Assembly: GCA_030704615.1 (NCBI GenBank) | Contig: CM060731.1 | Span: 16,492,001 to 16,556,000 of the forward strand | Direction: 5' to 3' | From: Takakia lepidozioides | Lineage: Eukaryota > Plantae > Bryophyta | Length of the DNA: 64,000 nucleotides | Shown here: positions 36,801 to 49,828 of the stretch, piece by piece | Numbering within the stretch: position 1 is the stretch's first letter | Layout: every line of letters starts with the position of its first letter | Translations under genes and position numbers: made by a program | Notes under the pieces: model-generated | Databases searched by the model: none | What the model was told of the DNA's origin: nothing | What the model saw: only the letters and a program-made list of their open reading frames with translations

Positions 36801-37676
36801 CAGAGCAGGTTTACCACAAGGCTGGCCTTTGTGAAATGCAATGAGTCAGCCATTGAACTCAGTCATTGATGCTGGAGGCTATCCTATGTAGTCCACCCGC
36901 CCTGGTAAGTAGGCTTGCAGGTTGAAGCACTAATACAATTTATGGTTGGCACCATTTGCCTTAGAAATGAGCATTGAGATGTCAAACTAAAGTGTGGAAA
37001 TTCTGCGTGCTTGACACATGGGGTTGCCTGGATTTGCAGGCACGGGGCGAGGTAGTGGGTGATGGTGTCCGCATACACAGCATGATGCTGCCAAGCCTCC
37101 TTTCCAGCATGGATGTTCGCTTTTCAGCCCCTGGAGAGGTATGCCTTCTCTTATTCTTTTCTAGCCACCTTCTAGCAGAGCACCACTACTCGAAGCATAA
37201 CTCTTCATTGACGAGGCCAAAATGCTATTATATCAATTTATAACACAGCAAATTAACTTCGGTGGAATGGTGCAGATGCTATCCTTTAAGCATGACGTGT
37301 CAGACGTGCAGGCCTTGATGCCAGGTCTACTCATGGCTATTCGTCGAGTTGTGCGGCTTAAGGTATGAACTTGGCTTGGTCTCTGGCCCTCTCTCCCACA
37401 TGTAGGATATGCCCATGGTTGCATTCAATGGGGCCTGTCAGTGTAAGGATAGCCAAGCTTTCTGGGAAAATTCAATGTATTAGTATCCTTAATCTCTTTT
37501 AATTTGTGTGGTTAGTTTTCTCTCCTTTGTTCGTCACTGCTGGTTCGGGGGCACTAAAGCTTCAAGATGTGAACTGATAATATAACAGAAAGACCATCCA
37601 TAGGGGAGCTCTAACGACCGTTCTTTTGGCACCCTGCATGCAGTCTTTGGTCTATGGTTTGGAGAAGCTTCTATAA
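27822..37676 (+). CDS. CRR1: Dihydrodipicolinate reductase-like protein CRR1/DAPB3 (chloroplast NDH assembly factor), 10 exons
   Basis: GT-AG exons 27822-27917, 28285-28407, 28607-28681, 29051-29116, 29625-29720, 35227-35343, 36286-36378, 37040-37138, 37276-37362 and 37644-37676 splice in frame: ..NNIK|VVVKGAGKDIGRAAIAAVTKARGMQLAGAVD..|VAGLEEPLELPILNDLVMVLGSLSQ|..VDFSDPGEVYDNVRQ|ATAFGMRSVV..CEKASM|GCVIAPTLSIG..|..|ARGEVVGDGVRIHSM..|..MPGLLMAIRRVVRLK|SLVYGLEKLL*. Start codon is the least certain part. Confidence 0.9.
29915..30080 (-). pseudogene. PLS-PPR fragment within CRR1 intron 5
   Basis: MIAGYTQHGCGMEALETYEQMIWEGVKLNHITFVCICNACASLAALEKDKEVHGD; closely resembles the neighbouring PPR gene. 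Confidence 0.85.
30191..30307 (-). rRNA. Isolated, diverged 5S rRNA copy (pseudogene or 5S-derived element), bryophyte-type
   Basis: The reverse complement reads GGTGCCGTCATACCAAGGCTACTACACCTGATCCATCAGAACTCTGAAAGTTAAGCGCCTTTGTACCGGAATAGTACTGGGATGGCTGACCTCCCGGGAATTCCTGGTGCTGCACGC, with box A (AGTTAAGCG) and box C-like (GGATGG.TGACC) regions; indels and a broken helix I. Confidence 0.88.
30680..31680 (-). pseudogene. SEN1/UPF1-like (SF1) helicase fragment
   Basis: LNPSQTAA..HIQGPPGTGKTFTLSSLL..RILVCAPTNRAI (Q motif, Walker A, motif Ia); upstream WYALKLDSLTTALRIWEGL; stops and frameshifts. Confidence 0.8.
31780..32435 (-). pseudogene. PLS-PPR fragments
   Basis: VTFICIDNVCASLASLEKGKEVHGDIIKAG..ETALVDMFAKCGSIEDAKGVFDTM..AMIAGYAQHG and NTVLMNMYTKCGNIKDAKGVHDSM; deletions and stops. 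Confidence 0.85.
32430..33360 (-). pseudogene. Two tandem, intron-split PDF motifs of the OSB (organellar ssDNA-binding) type
   Basis: EKLWNEYFSHPSQWWDNRGKK|intron|IHPRG(P/S)DFKHKI(N/T)YDSLWI.SYKKPAWV occurs twice (~500 bp period); cf. the OSB consensus WWDNR..K.NP..PDFKHK..ALW. Confidence 0.75.
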
Positions 37677-40600
37677 CACTGGAAAACCATCTGGGGGGTG
37701 TAGATGACCTCACTGTTTTGGTTGGAGTAGTGTTGGAGGGAGGTATAGTGTTTGGTCATTGAATTGACTAGTAGAGTTGGGGCTGATTGCCTCAATTATA
37801 TGAATGTAATCTTTTGATCTAAAGCAGCAACATAAACCAAGTGGCAGGGCAACAACAATGTTTTATTTTGGAACAGGGGCAAGGCCTAGGTATTGAAAGT
37901 GGGGATTACATTTCTGTCCTCATTCAACAAAGTTCATGTCTTCAAGGTCAAATCTCCCACAAATAGTAATGGGATTATGTCGCTGCTTCATCTGATTTTA
38001 ATAAGAAAGTGGCCGAGACAAAAATCCATTGAACAATTCCACAGGATGATTGTCGGTCCAATCATCCTGTCTAGTCCTTCACCTTCACTTTGTATCTGTT
38101 TCATTCCTATTCTGTGTGCTTGAAGAAATGGGTGATGGCCAACAAGTACGGCTTGGAATCTACAATCTACATGCAGTCTACACACCAAGATTGTGGCATG
38201 GGCCATGTCAATACTGACTTTGTATTGGTGCAGTGACACTTGGGGCACAACCCACATTGATGTGTGGTGATATCTACATGCAGCCATTGAGCCCTCTTGT
38301 AACTTCTGTAGAGCAAATCAAGCACTCCAATCTCCTTGCAAGACACAGACCTTTAGTTCTCTCTGAAATTCCTCGATTACAAAAACAGACACTACCCCCA
38401 TCCACTGATCTTTTCACTTAGCTGCAGAGTTCTTAAACTAGTACTGTGTGTGACCATGAGGAGCACCTTGATAAGTAAATCTGGAAAAGGCATGGAATGT
38501 TGAGCTCTGGGACTTAGAAAACTTCTACCACAAAGTTTGCTTTCGAAACATCACACCCCAACTTCAAAGGCTTCTCCCACTCTCACTCTCTTGTGCTTCC
38601 ATCCATTGGCCCCCCTCAATGGGCTGTGCGTTGAGCAGAAGGTTCGTCGAGGGAACAGGTAAACATACGTTGTGGCGTATATTCATCCTTGGCATAATTT
38701 CGGAATCTTCATACGCAATGCTCCCTTGTCACCGCTTTGTATGAGGTGGGCCTCAAGGTTATTTTTAACTTGTGCACAATCGTCGCTGGAAACTCGAGAA
38801 TGCATGAGTGACAAGTGTGATGAAGGATATCAGAAGATAAACATCAATGGGAGGAATTAGATGCAGGAAATGATGTTGCTGGCTGGAAATCGAAAAAATG
38901 TGATGTGATGGAGGGAGCAGAAGATTGAAAAGACGGTGGGCGCAAGGGCAGAAGAATCATCCGGAGGGTTTGCTTGATGTCTTGGAATGTTGCACAACCC
39001 ACGTGAAAGGGAGGAGAAAATCTGACAATGGTGTTCAACTTGGCCACGATGTTCCAAGTGGTGGGGTTCTCGCTGGATGTATGTCAAGTGTTGGCATGCA
39101 ACCCCGAATTTCTAAGGAGGTCGGAGGTGGTGGATATGATTTGCTGCGTGCCTCTGCATCTGTTTGCCAGGGTCTTCACATCTCTTCTTTCCGCTGTTAG
39201 AGGCAGGGTCATTTATCTTGAATGAGGAATCTGTTGCTTGTTCCAATGTACATTAGATCTTCATCTGGGAAGTATCTGACTGAGTGTTTTCATTTCTTAG
39301 TTTTTGCAAGATCTGTGAGTTTGTATAGACCGAAGTTGAATGCAAGACCGCAAAGTGCATCTAAGCTCCTACAGAGATTTTATTCATACGGCAGTGGCCT
39401 CCTTTCATCTGAATTTTCAGGTAATATTCTGTCTAAGCTTTTCCTTGAGAAAGGAATATGCAAGGCGAGGGTCAAGTGGATGCCACTACTGGCCAACCAT
39501 AAGAGTGACCGTATGTATATCTTGATTACCTATTGTTCCTCCCCAACCATCCTGGATCAGATCTATGGCCGAGTAAGTATGGTTTGGTGCGAAGATCTCT
39601 TTGACTCATAAGATTGTGAACAAGTACAGGTTCAGGTTATGAGATTTGATGTATAATGGCTAGAGTGCCTCTTCATTGTTTGCCATGTGATATGAAGAAC
39701 GTCTCTTGAAGACAGGAATCCATTAGAGCAGGTGCTAAAGTGTGGATACTCTCCACAGTAGGTCGACATGTGGTGTTGGACTTTGGAGGAGCCAGAGATA
39801 ATAATCTTGTGGGGTGTGAAGGAGTTGGTGAGGTGAAATCTTGGCTAGAGAACTCTCCAGGATTTGAGATTTCTGTCCCTCGGACAGGGGTGAAAAATCC
39901 TGGAAAGTCTTGAGGGCCAGAATTTTACCTGTCGTAATGACCTGACTTGGATTTGAGACACCTCTCCGGGGTCCCATTAATATTGGGGCAGAATTTCCCT
40001 AATCTGCAATTGCAGCCCTCTCTGCCCTGGGCTAATAGGACAGTGGAATCTGTCCAGGGGAATTCCAGTCTGAAAAAATTCAAGCAGAGCTTCATGTATT
40101 GTAATCTTCTCAACCTTGGTTGGCACAACAATAATAGTATCTTCATCATATTAGGCACGCCCACATGAAATAGTTCCTCTTTTATATACACTCCATGCTC
40201 AATCTGAGTAGCAGGGCACAAAGGCAAATTCGGCAAGGCTTGGAGGTCAATTTGCACTTGTCTTGAAACCTCTAGCTGTTTTCTTCCCACCAAAGAAAGG
40301 GAATGCTAAAAGGTGTAACATCCCATTGGTTCGATCATGACAGATCATGCCCTCCTTCGACAATGTTTACCCATAATAGTGATTGATATGAAGAGTTCCG
40401 TGCATCCCAAGTCTAAATCCCTGCTCAGTTGCAGTGTATGCTTCCCTTGGGCAGTTGCTTCTGCATGAGCCCTTCAATGAATGAAGCAATTTGTGTGGAA
40501 AGAAAGAGCTGTATTGTCACAAATAAAAATTCTAACAGACGACCGAACCTCAAAATGCAGAAGCACTCACTTTACTTTTGTCTTTAAAGTTCATGACAGT

Positions 40601-42039
40601 GTACCAGATCGGTTTGAAAGTGGAAGTTCATCTGCTCTCTCAAAGTCATAGAAAGCAGTATTGGGGCGTTCATTCTCTGGCAAGACGAAGTCTGAAAGTT
40701 TGTTGGAGCCCATGTATTGGTATTGCATTGAAGGTGGAATGACCACATGATTCTCGGCAAGATGAGCGCCTTGCGACATAGAGGACTCTGAGCTGATTGC
40801 AGAAGTGGCCACTGCTCTTTTTTCAGTACTCAAGCTGTTCATATCACAACACAAATAACACAACGAAGTTAAGTTAAGACCAGGTGTTGATGAATGCAAC
40901 ACGACGAACGAATATGCCAGAGTTCAAACCACAAATGCTCTTGTTCCATGGGTCCCTATGTCACCTGCTTCTCCAAATTACTTTTTGGATGAGATGACGC
41001 TGGGATAATATTGTTGTCGCATTTGATCCAGCAATGATGTTTTCTGAGTGCTACAGCCAACAAAAGAGAAACTCAAAATTGGCTGATCTTAATCTGCAGG
41101 TGTGGACTCATGCCCACTTGAAAAGTGTACGGCATCGGCTCTTGTGAATGCAATGGACGGGCGTCTCTCGGTTGTCAATTCATTCAAGCCATCCCAGAAT
41201 TATGCATCGATGCTCCACCAGAGCTCTCGATGATGAGCACCCGCGTTTGTACAAGCCATTCTTGTGGTCTACGCTGCTGAAAGTCACCAAAACTCTTCCA
41301 ATCCATCAAGACTGCAAGAATTGGCTTCAAATGACTGGATTGCAGGACATCTTAGCCTTAATTCATTTTCTTGTCTTTAGTCGACTAATACGCCAAACGG
41401 GCGCCCCAAGGACCAGATCACTGTGGTCGCTGTCCCTTTCTTTGATCCACTCTCTTCTCTTATGAGGTTTGCCCCTCACAATACTTAAAACTGAAAAAGT
41501 GGAGGTCATCAAACCATGATGTGATCTTCCACTTGTCAAGCCCTAAATAATTCCCAAGCCGACGTGGGTGGGTCCAAAAGGACCCTTATTTTGTTTTTGT
41601 TTTCTTGCAAAGCCCTTTTCCAGCCAAACACGGCCCGTTCTCTAGTACATTTAAGAACGGGTTCTAATGCATAGTGAATGTGCTGGGAACGGTGAGAAAG
41701 AATAATGGGATGATATGTGAGGTGGCTAGCAACTTACAGTAAATGATTGAAGAGGCCATACTTCAATATGGAAAAATGGCAGCTGCAGGAAGAAGAAAAA
41801 GCACTGCAGAGAGAGCTAGCGGGCTTTGAAGCGGGGAGAGCTAGCGGGCTTTGAAGAAGGAGATGATGATCAGACCTCCACTGCCCCATGATGGTTGATT
41901 GATCAAGGCACAATGTGGTGGTTGGGCGATCTAGAATGCGAATTCCAATATTATGCATAGAGCATGATAGAAGAGCAGTTCATGTACAAAAGTTGACAAA
42001 GTAGATTCTAAACAGAGGCCAAATAGGATCGGCGATCTG

Positions 42040-43200
42040 AAATGAAAGGATCTGAAATCTGTAAATGTGCAAGTTGGAATAAGAAAGTGGCCTGGCCGAA
42101 AGCCAATCGTGGACAGGGACCGAAGAAGAGTAGAAAGAACGTAGCAAGTCTGAAGTCCGAAGTGTGTGAGCTAAGTTCTTCAAAGTTTGATCAGTCTGGG
42201 AAAGCATGTGGCTCTAGACCAGGTGGCTTTATGGTCCAGCACTCGACGTCCGTGAGGCTCAAATTATCTGTGGAGGATGATCGGTATCTCTACATTGTCA
42301 CATTCGTTTCCACCGACCAGCTGCTAAGCAGGGGGGGGGTGAGGTTTCCTGACCTGACGCCACGCATATAGACACGTCTCAAGCCTTCATAGAAGTTGAA
42401 TGTTTTCTGAAATTGCTCTCATTCCTTGGCTTCGTGCAATCACAGGAGCATCTCTGACCTTCCTCGCGTAGGATACCTCCCTAGGCAAACCTTGCCTCGA
42501 AGCGAATACTGGTACCCTTCTGCTTACATTGGATATATGACCATCAAATTAGATGGCATTCATTGTCCACTCATCATTCTGGTACGGGGACTGACAGGAC
42601 CCCGCGGAATTTCCCTCACCACGTCCTTGACAGAACGGATCCGGTCAGCTGAAAACTGGAGAAGCTGAATCTTGATGCTCCCATGCAACGAGAATCGGTT
42701 TTCTTTATTTTCACAGAGGAGCCCTTGCCAAAAGGTTTGTCCTATGACCTCAAAACTATTTTGCTTGCAGACATGGCAGGAGGACTTCGCATTCCTGTTT
42801 ACATGGATTGCTTCTGTCAGAAGGATGTTGTATATTGATCCCGCTCGTGATGGATTAGCTCTGGTGAGACAGCCACAGTGTTGAAGAGACTTTCCTCTTT
42901 GAATAAGTTTGCAGTTTTGCAAAACTCGCTCTTGCAGGTTGAATATCGTTACAACTTCGTTGTGATACAGCTGGAGCTTAAGGCGATGGTGCCTGTGCCA
43001 ATATAAACCTCGATGGTGTGGAAGAGAAACTGAAAGTTGACAACTTGCACGATGATGTTGTTGTTAAGCAATATCCATTTGACATCAAATAGTATTATCA
43101 AAAGCTTGCTGTATTCAGCAGCTTGAAGAAACAGAAGTCGCTCGAGATCGAGTAACGCATTTGAGTAGCTTTCAAGTCTTGTTTAATTTGTGTTTTTGCA
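42040..43200 (+). pseudogene. Degenerate coding-like sequence of unknown family (inverted copy at ~56870-58025)
   Basis: Protein-like stretches (KLSVEDDRYLYIVTFVS; FFIFTEEPLPKGLSYDLKTILLADMAGGLRIPVYMD; NINLDGVEEKLKVDNLHDDVVVKQYPFDI) broken by stops and frameshifts. Confidence 0.3.
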
Positions 43201-43271
43201 AGAATGTCCTTCGGTAGATCACAACTGGCCCTTTCCTCACACAGACACACGCAGACCTCCTCTAGACCCCC

Positions 43272-46200
43272 TCAAGCTCCAGTCAAGGTGGGTATTTTCC
43301 CAGATCTAAATACACCGAACTTGGTGATTGTAGAATAGGAGTATGGAATCCCACTTGAGTTCAAAAGCTCACCCAACAGCTGCCGAAACTTTTCTGGCTC
43401 CGTGGTCTCGCACTCAATCTCGTAAGTGGTCCCAAAAGCATACTGGGTCTCATCCAGTTCCAGTTTAAGCCCTTCCCAGCTATACACATTACGGACGTTT
43501 CTGAAACCTCCGAGGCACACAAAGTCTCGGCAATTGTACTGAGACACCACATGTTGGATCAGCTTGCCACCTATACCAGCCAATCGAGATGGGTCTGCCA
43601 CACATGCTCTTCCCAGGGCTGAGTCGATGTCCTCCTCCACCTGTCAGAAGTTGACAAAAGTTATACCGATTTAGTCGTGCATCGTCTGATGATGACAGTA
43701 GTTTTGAGGCGTCTTCACAGTCTGTAATATCGAGCAGGAGAGTCACCCCAGAGCGGGCAGGTTATGGACGGCGGTCGGCAGTACCCAAAGAAGACCTCCT
43801 GAATCCACGCCCCAGCCTGCAGGCGAAGCGACCTGTGTCCCAAAGAGATTTGCCTCAGACCTCATTTTCCAGAAAGCCTCTGGATTCTCCTGCACGCCAC
43901 TTGGTAAGCAATATGTCAGCTCTACAGGTTTCAGTGTGAGGTGTATATACTGTTTTCTTCTTGATATACCTTGCAGTTTTTAATCCAGAGGGCACTTCTG
44001 AGGTCCTAAGATTTATTAGCTGGAATCTTTTGGAAACTGCAGTCAGGATTTGCTTCTTGTTCTTGTGCCTGAGGTTTTCCAGGGGACAAGTGCAAATTCT
44101 TGCCGTGAAAATGAATCTGGGCCCTGGGATGTTGTCTCACATTACAATCACAGAAAAGCTCACTTGCAGTTGCTGCATTAAGACTTACTTGTTGGACTTG
44201 CTATACCAATCAACCTCACATGCAGTCCTGACTCAATGATGTATGTCATGCAAATTACAGGATGTCCAACAAAGCTCACCCAATGGCTTTAGACCTTTCA
44301 TGACATTCACCTCAATCTCATCATTCCACAGCAGCAAGGCCTCTATCTCCCTTAGGAAACCACACATAGGTACAGACTCAAAGCCAACGACTCCGAGCAG
44401 CACTGCCAGTTCAGACCAGGGTGCTAGTGTGGTACATAACAGTGAGGCAGAGGACGACTCATCGAGTGACAGAGGGAGACGGTTGTCACCGGGGGGACAT
44501 GCTGAGGTGCTTGTGCTTGATAAAGAGGGGGTCAAGAACTCCAGCTGGGATACCCACCAATATGAGAGGGACAGCAAGCCACATGAGCACGCATACATGG
44601 ATAGGAATGATGTGGAGAGTCTCCCTTGCTCGGAGGGGACAAACTTGGGTGATAATGACTACTTTCCTAGTTATATGAGTTGCGAGCAAACCCACTCCGA
44701 AGAGAAGGAGTTCAAGAGGGCCCAAGAGTTTGATTCAGTGAGGGCAAATGATAAGGTGCATTCATTCAGCCTCTTGGAAAACCGTATCTTGGCAAACAGT
44801 ACTGAGCCTGAGCTTGGGAGTCTGGCCATTAACTATTCAGTCCCCAAGGGTCAGACAGCCTGTAAGGAAGGTGGCGAGTCTGCTAGAATCAGCGGGAATG
44901 GATGCTCCCACAATGAGGATGGACCGAAAGGGCTGCATTTGTCGAGACAAGCAGATGAATTGATCATGCACGATCGCCATCCTGAGGGCATTAACTCAGA
45001 ATACGTCAAAGACCCTAGATGTGCACAGGGAGCTGTAGATAACATGGTAGTCAAAGTTGAGACTGCTTGTGTGGAAGTTGGGGGATTGGTTACGTACAAA
45101 GAGAGATGCCGCCTGCAAGAGCCCCTAGATTGTGCAGTCGAGGATGATGAGAGTGGCTTGTGTCGACATGTGGACAGTCCTAAATTGGACTTCAGCAAGG
45201 AGTCAGAATATGGGAGTGACGTGACGTCTTTACCTTTCAGTGGTACTCTGTCTTGCCATGATGTTCTAGGCCCCAACGAAATTAGCCAAACAGAGGGCCC
45301 AAAGTGTAAGCAGGATGGACAACCAGTGTTCACTGGGGAAAGGGACAAGATGAGTACATGTAGTCCTTACCAGCACCGCAACTTGGAACAATGTCAGGAT
45401 TCTCACAGTGTGAACATCAACTTTTTGGGTCAGAAGGACAAGGTTCATTGTCATGGATCAGGTGATCCCACTAGAAACAGAGGTGAAGAAAGCTCACATT
45501 GTGAAAAGGAGGTAGAATGCACTTTGGAGAGGGACGACAAAGAAGTTCACTGGTGTGACTGCATAGAAGACTTCTGCAAGAAGCATACTGACAGAGTAGA
45601 TGGTTTTGGAGCAAAGGTGGAGGCTTGTGGTCTGGATAGTGATGAGCCCAAGCTTCATGAAATAATGAGGGGCTGTAGTGTGAAAAGAAGGGGCGTGAAT
45701 CCCCTTCTGTGTGATTCTACTTGTGCTCCCTCCATTATTAAGTGGAGCAAAAGAAAAGTACGTTCTTCTAGTCTGTCCAACTATCGTCACTTGGCTGTGG
45801 GTTTCCCTTGGGTCCTTCGTGATCAGAGTTCAAGCAATCCTCATCCACGCCGCAGCGGAAGAGAAGACATGGATGGGGAGCCAATGTTGTACGTTTCACC
45901 TTTTACTCAACATCCTCTACCTGCAGGTACAGCACCAGCCCTGGTGCCACGATGTATTCAGTGATGCAATCAACCCTATGTCAGTGATGAAACACTGCCC
46001 TTGTGGGCAGTTCCCTTAGTCAGCACCATCTCCCAGTCAGATTCATCCTTTATATCCGTGTTCCTGTCCTCACAAGGCTTGTCACCAACTGGAGTTTTGT
46101 TGCTGTGCAGGGACTCCTCACATTTCAAACTATCAAGTGCCCTTATATCTCTTACAAGGTCAGTTTTTCTGGTCTCCAGTTCACCTCTCGAAGCCAGCAC

Positions 46201-48493
46201 ATTTTCAGCACTGCAATTTTCTATCATCTGCAAATTACTATTAGTATGTGGTCCCAAAATGTCTACAAAGTAATCCAACTCTGGTGACATTGCTTCTTTA
46301 GCTTGATCCAGGCCTTGTCTGCTTCCTCCATGGAAGCTGCTACTCCTTGCACTGTCAGCAGGGAGTTCCAACCTGGTGTCGAAGTACTTTGTACTTTGAC
46401 TGTCTGGGAGCCCTGACAGTAACTCCCCCTGAGGTTCAACTAGGCAAACTTCAGGTGGCAGAGAAAGTGGCTCACTCACATAGAATACATGAGCCATTTC
46501 TAGCTCAGATTGTTTTAGCTTAAACCTGGTGTTCGAGCCAGAGTGTGGATCTTCCCACATTAAATTGCTAGGGCACGAGGAACTTGTGTCTGTGTTCTGG
46601 GACATATCTATGCTGCTCACCGATGTTGAAGTCCTTCCACCTGACTTCAAGGAGGTGTTCTTCAACAAAGCACCTTGCAATCCCTGACTGTTTCTGCATA
46701 GCCCTCCATTAGTAGCCGCCAAGGGCCTTGAAAGCCCAAAATTGGTTGCTGCCTCAACTGCTCGCTCCTGTGGATTGCAGTTCTGCACTTCCTCCCAGCT
46801 GGGGTAACTCATGGGATCAAAATGCTGAACAAGGCTATGATTGACCCTGTTACTTTGCTCTAGGCCTACAGCCAGGGATGTCACGTGGTCTGGATCTGGG
46901 GTTTCCAGCTGCTTTAATTCCTTCCCTGGCTCACCAAGTGAAACAGACTTGGATTCATCTACCCAGTATGACATGCCCTTCAGTGCCAGAGAGGGCTTGC
47001 CACTTTCACACAATTCTGCTTCCAAATCCACAGAGATATGTGGCTCTGTCGAATCATGCATATCAGCTGCCTCAAGCACTTCCTTTGGTTGTGTGTACTT
47101 GACATTCTTACATCGAACAAGAGGGGCATTGGTTTCAACATCCAGGGGTTCAAGACAAGTTTTCTCCTCATCATTGAACCAAATATCACTAATATTGGAA
47201 GCACCTGTTCCCCGCACCACACCTCCACATGGGTCTTCTGGGATATCAACAAATGCTTGCTCCTCAGCTGGGACTTGTCTATGACAAATTTCCTGAACAT
47301 CTTGACCTTCAGATTCCTGACTGCAAGCATCCTCTGGCTCGTCAGGCTGCAACACATGCACATTTACAGTGGACTCGCAAATTGTGCTACTCAAAATATC
47401 TCGAGTTAAGGCATCGTCGCCCCCACATCTAGGTACACGACAGGCTTCTAAGTAAGGGTCCTCTACATGGCTATCCATAAGCATACTTTCTGTAATCCTC
47501 ACAATATTTATTGATTTATGAGCTTCTTGGTAATGCTTCCCATTTTCTCTGCAGCCAGCTCCATTTGTATGAAATATCTGACCAACTGCCTGAATAGGGT
47601 CCTTAATCTTGGTGAGTTGTTCTCCATCCTGGTTCCCAAACTTCAGCTCTTGCCCAACTTCATTGCTTCCGTTTTCAAACTCCAAATCGAACCCCTGTCC
47701 TTCTCTCTCAGCGTAGAAATTTCCCCCCCTCTCCTTGCAGGGACCTTAGCAGTTTCTTGGGCATGGCTTTCAACCTTAAATTCAGAAGAGATTTCACCTG
47801 AACTCCTGCAGGCCACCGCATCACATGACTTCATATTGGAGGTCACAAAGGAGTGAGACCTGGCGTTCTTGTCTGTCTCCCTCTGCCAATCCTCCTCGTT
47901 CTGTATCTGTCTCTTACATTGAAAGCCCTGTAGTGTGAATGCAGGGGGTAAAAATTCAAGTTTTTGTTTGGCATCAGGTTTCGGCACTACTACAAAGGGA
48001 GTGCCCTTCGTGCTAATGAAGGGGAGGAATTGTCCATAACTTGAGGTAATTCCATGGAAAAACTATGCTATTGATCTGCCAAGAACAAAATATGGCTAAG
48101 TTCAATGCTGTGAAGGGCATTGAAATGTCTGGGGTAATGGGCTTACCACACTCAAAGACAGTACAAACAGTGCACAGTGTGGACCAAGTTAAAGAGCAGA
48201 TCATGGAGAAGATAAGAAATGAGAATGCACGAGTTCCAAGCGAGTCTCACCTCTTCTGCCCGACTGATGCCATCCACAACGACAGCTTTTCCCTTGAGCG
48301 TGACCACACAGCGCACGTCGCCGTTGTAGAATCGCAGTCGGAGCACTGACCTTTGTGACCTCAATTCTTGGGTGGAGCCATCGAAGAAGATGTTCTCCTG
48401 CTGGTATGTGACCTCATGTGTTGGGGCCAGTAACAAAGCAACCTTTTCATGTGCAGCTGCATCAGGCAGCCTCAGCTTCACTTCGACTTCCAT
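43272..48493 (-). CDS. TTM3: Triphosphate tunnel metalloenzyme 3 (CYTH domain), left copy, 2 exons (48493-48251; 43640-43272)
   Basis: MEVEVKLRL (ExExK), QENIFFDG..LRLRFYN..LKGKAVVVDGISRAEE|VEEDID..LGGFRNVRNVYSWEGLKLELDETQYAFGTTYEIECET..TKFGVFRSGK; GT-AG splice in frame. Confidence 0.88.
43660..48245 (+). pseudogene. Relic of a long low-complexity (S/E/D-rich) coding gene nested antisense in the TTM3 intron; left copy, internally inverted
   Basis: ORF 44243-45964 (+) and ORF 45976-47685 (-) are consecutive parts of one reading sequence in the right copy; upstream exon ends at a GT donor ~43903. Confidence 0.6.
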
Positions 48494-48712
48494 CCGCTCC
48501 CTACCCTCTTAGATCCGAGCTGGAGTTGAAATACGTGCAACTGTGGAAGCGTGTGTGGTACCGGTACAAGCAGAGAGGGAAGCCATGGCTCAAGTGGAGG
48601 AGAGAATAGGAACCCTATCTCTTCTCTCAAAGCTGAAAAGATTAACCTAATAAAATACATACAAAATGTCGAAATATATTAGGTCCCTGCGAGCGTTTGC
48701 TTGCATGTCAGA

Positions 48713-49765
48713 ATGGAAGAGGGAGTGCAGCGATTGCAAAAGCGACTGGCGGAGGTCGAGGCTGTGGCAGACGAGTTCCTGCTTGCCCGCAAGCAGGTTG
48801 GCACAGACCTCATCTAAGCAGGCATGGTGATGATTATGTGTATGTTTTACATGGTTTCTTAAGTTTTCTTTACCGCCCAACTCATGAATCGACGCAGAGG
48901 ATCCAGCCTCATCGCATAACAGTGAATAGATCTATGAAAGGTTTGTGATTGAATCATTGTGACCTGAGATTGCCTGTATTTCTCCCTAGACAACCCCAAG
49001 AAAATTCTATCGCGTCTGAGTGAGTAGAGCCACTCTCTGTCCTGTACTAGTGTGTAATTTTGTAGCGTCTGTCACGGAATGTCGGACTTGTTGTTGTAAG
49101 GAAATTTTCTCCCGTTCTTGTGGTTTTTTGAAAATCTTAGAAAGTCTGGTTGGTTCTCCATGTGGGTAGCTGGTGGAGTGCGACAGATTGCGTAATGGGA
49201 ACAGAGAAGCATTGACGGCCTTACGCAAGCAGGCTCGCACCTCTCGCTCCAGTGTCCTCTCGCAGGAACTGGAGGCTCAAAATACGAATGCAGGGGAAGG
49301 GGGATGCCTCACTTGTGGAGAACATGATGGGACGGCACCTGTTTGGGTGATATGGCCGGGCTCTGATATGTTCGTCCGCCATCCCTTTCATCGAGTTCAC
49401 GGTGATCTGGAAGAAGGTTGGTTACGCATGTTATAATTTTCCCACCAACTTTGATTCTCGCTGTCTTATGTTGGGTCAAAAATCCTGCCATGACATCGTT
49501 AGCAGATGAGAGACACATAAGGTGGGGAGGCTTGGGAGGAGGAAACAACAATACATTCGGTCACCACTGCAAAATGCAGAAGCACCATATCTAACAAGCA
49601 AATCGTGTGATTGCAGAGCAAGAGAAACTAGAGCTGGCAGTGAAGAAGCTCCAAAGTGTCGTGAAGGATAATTCACTAACGCTTTCAGAAAAGGGAGGTC
49701 TGTCAGATAGGATAAGCCCCAATTTACTCAAGGCATTTGTAACCTTGGATGACAAGTCCAGCTGA
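48713..49765 (+). CDS. PDRG1: PDRG1-like (p53 and DNA damage-regulated 1; prefoldin-like) protein, left copy, 3 exons (48713-48796, 49170-49416, 49617-49765)
   Basis: MEEGVQRLQKRLAEVEAVADEFLLARKQ|LVECDRLRNGNREALTALRKQART..CLTCGEHD..PGSDMFVRHPFH..LEE|EQEKLELAVKKLQSVVKDNSL..ISPNLLKAFVTLDDKSS*; canonical GT-AG junctions. Confidence 0.82.
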
Positions 49766-49828
49766 TTTGCAGGGGGAGTCTCTGACGCACCCAAGCACAG
49801 GCAGTCTTTGAGGGTGCACTTTTGGATG

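Noticed and set aside
38650-41480. Possible gene or TE relics between CRR1 and the palindrome
   Set aside because: Short broken frames with no identifiable domain.
44243-47685. 573-aa and 569-aa ORFs as two independent convergent genes
   Set aside because: They are halves of one reading sequence separated by an inversion; their ends run into out-of-context sequence.
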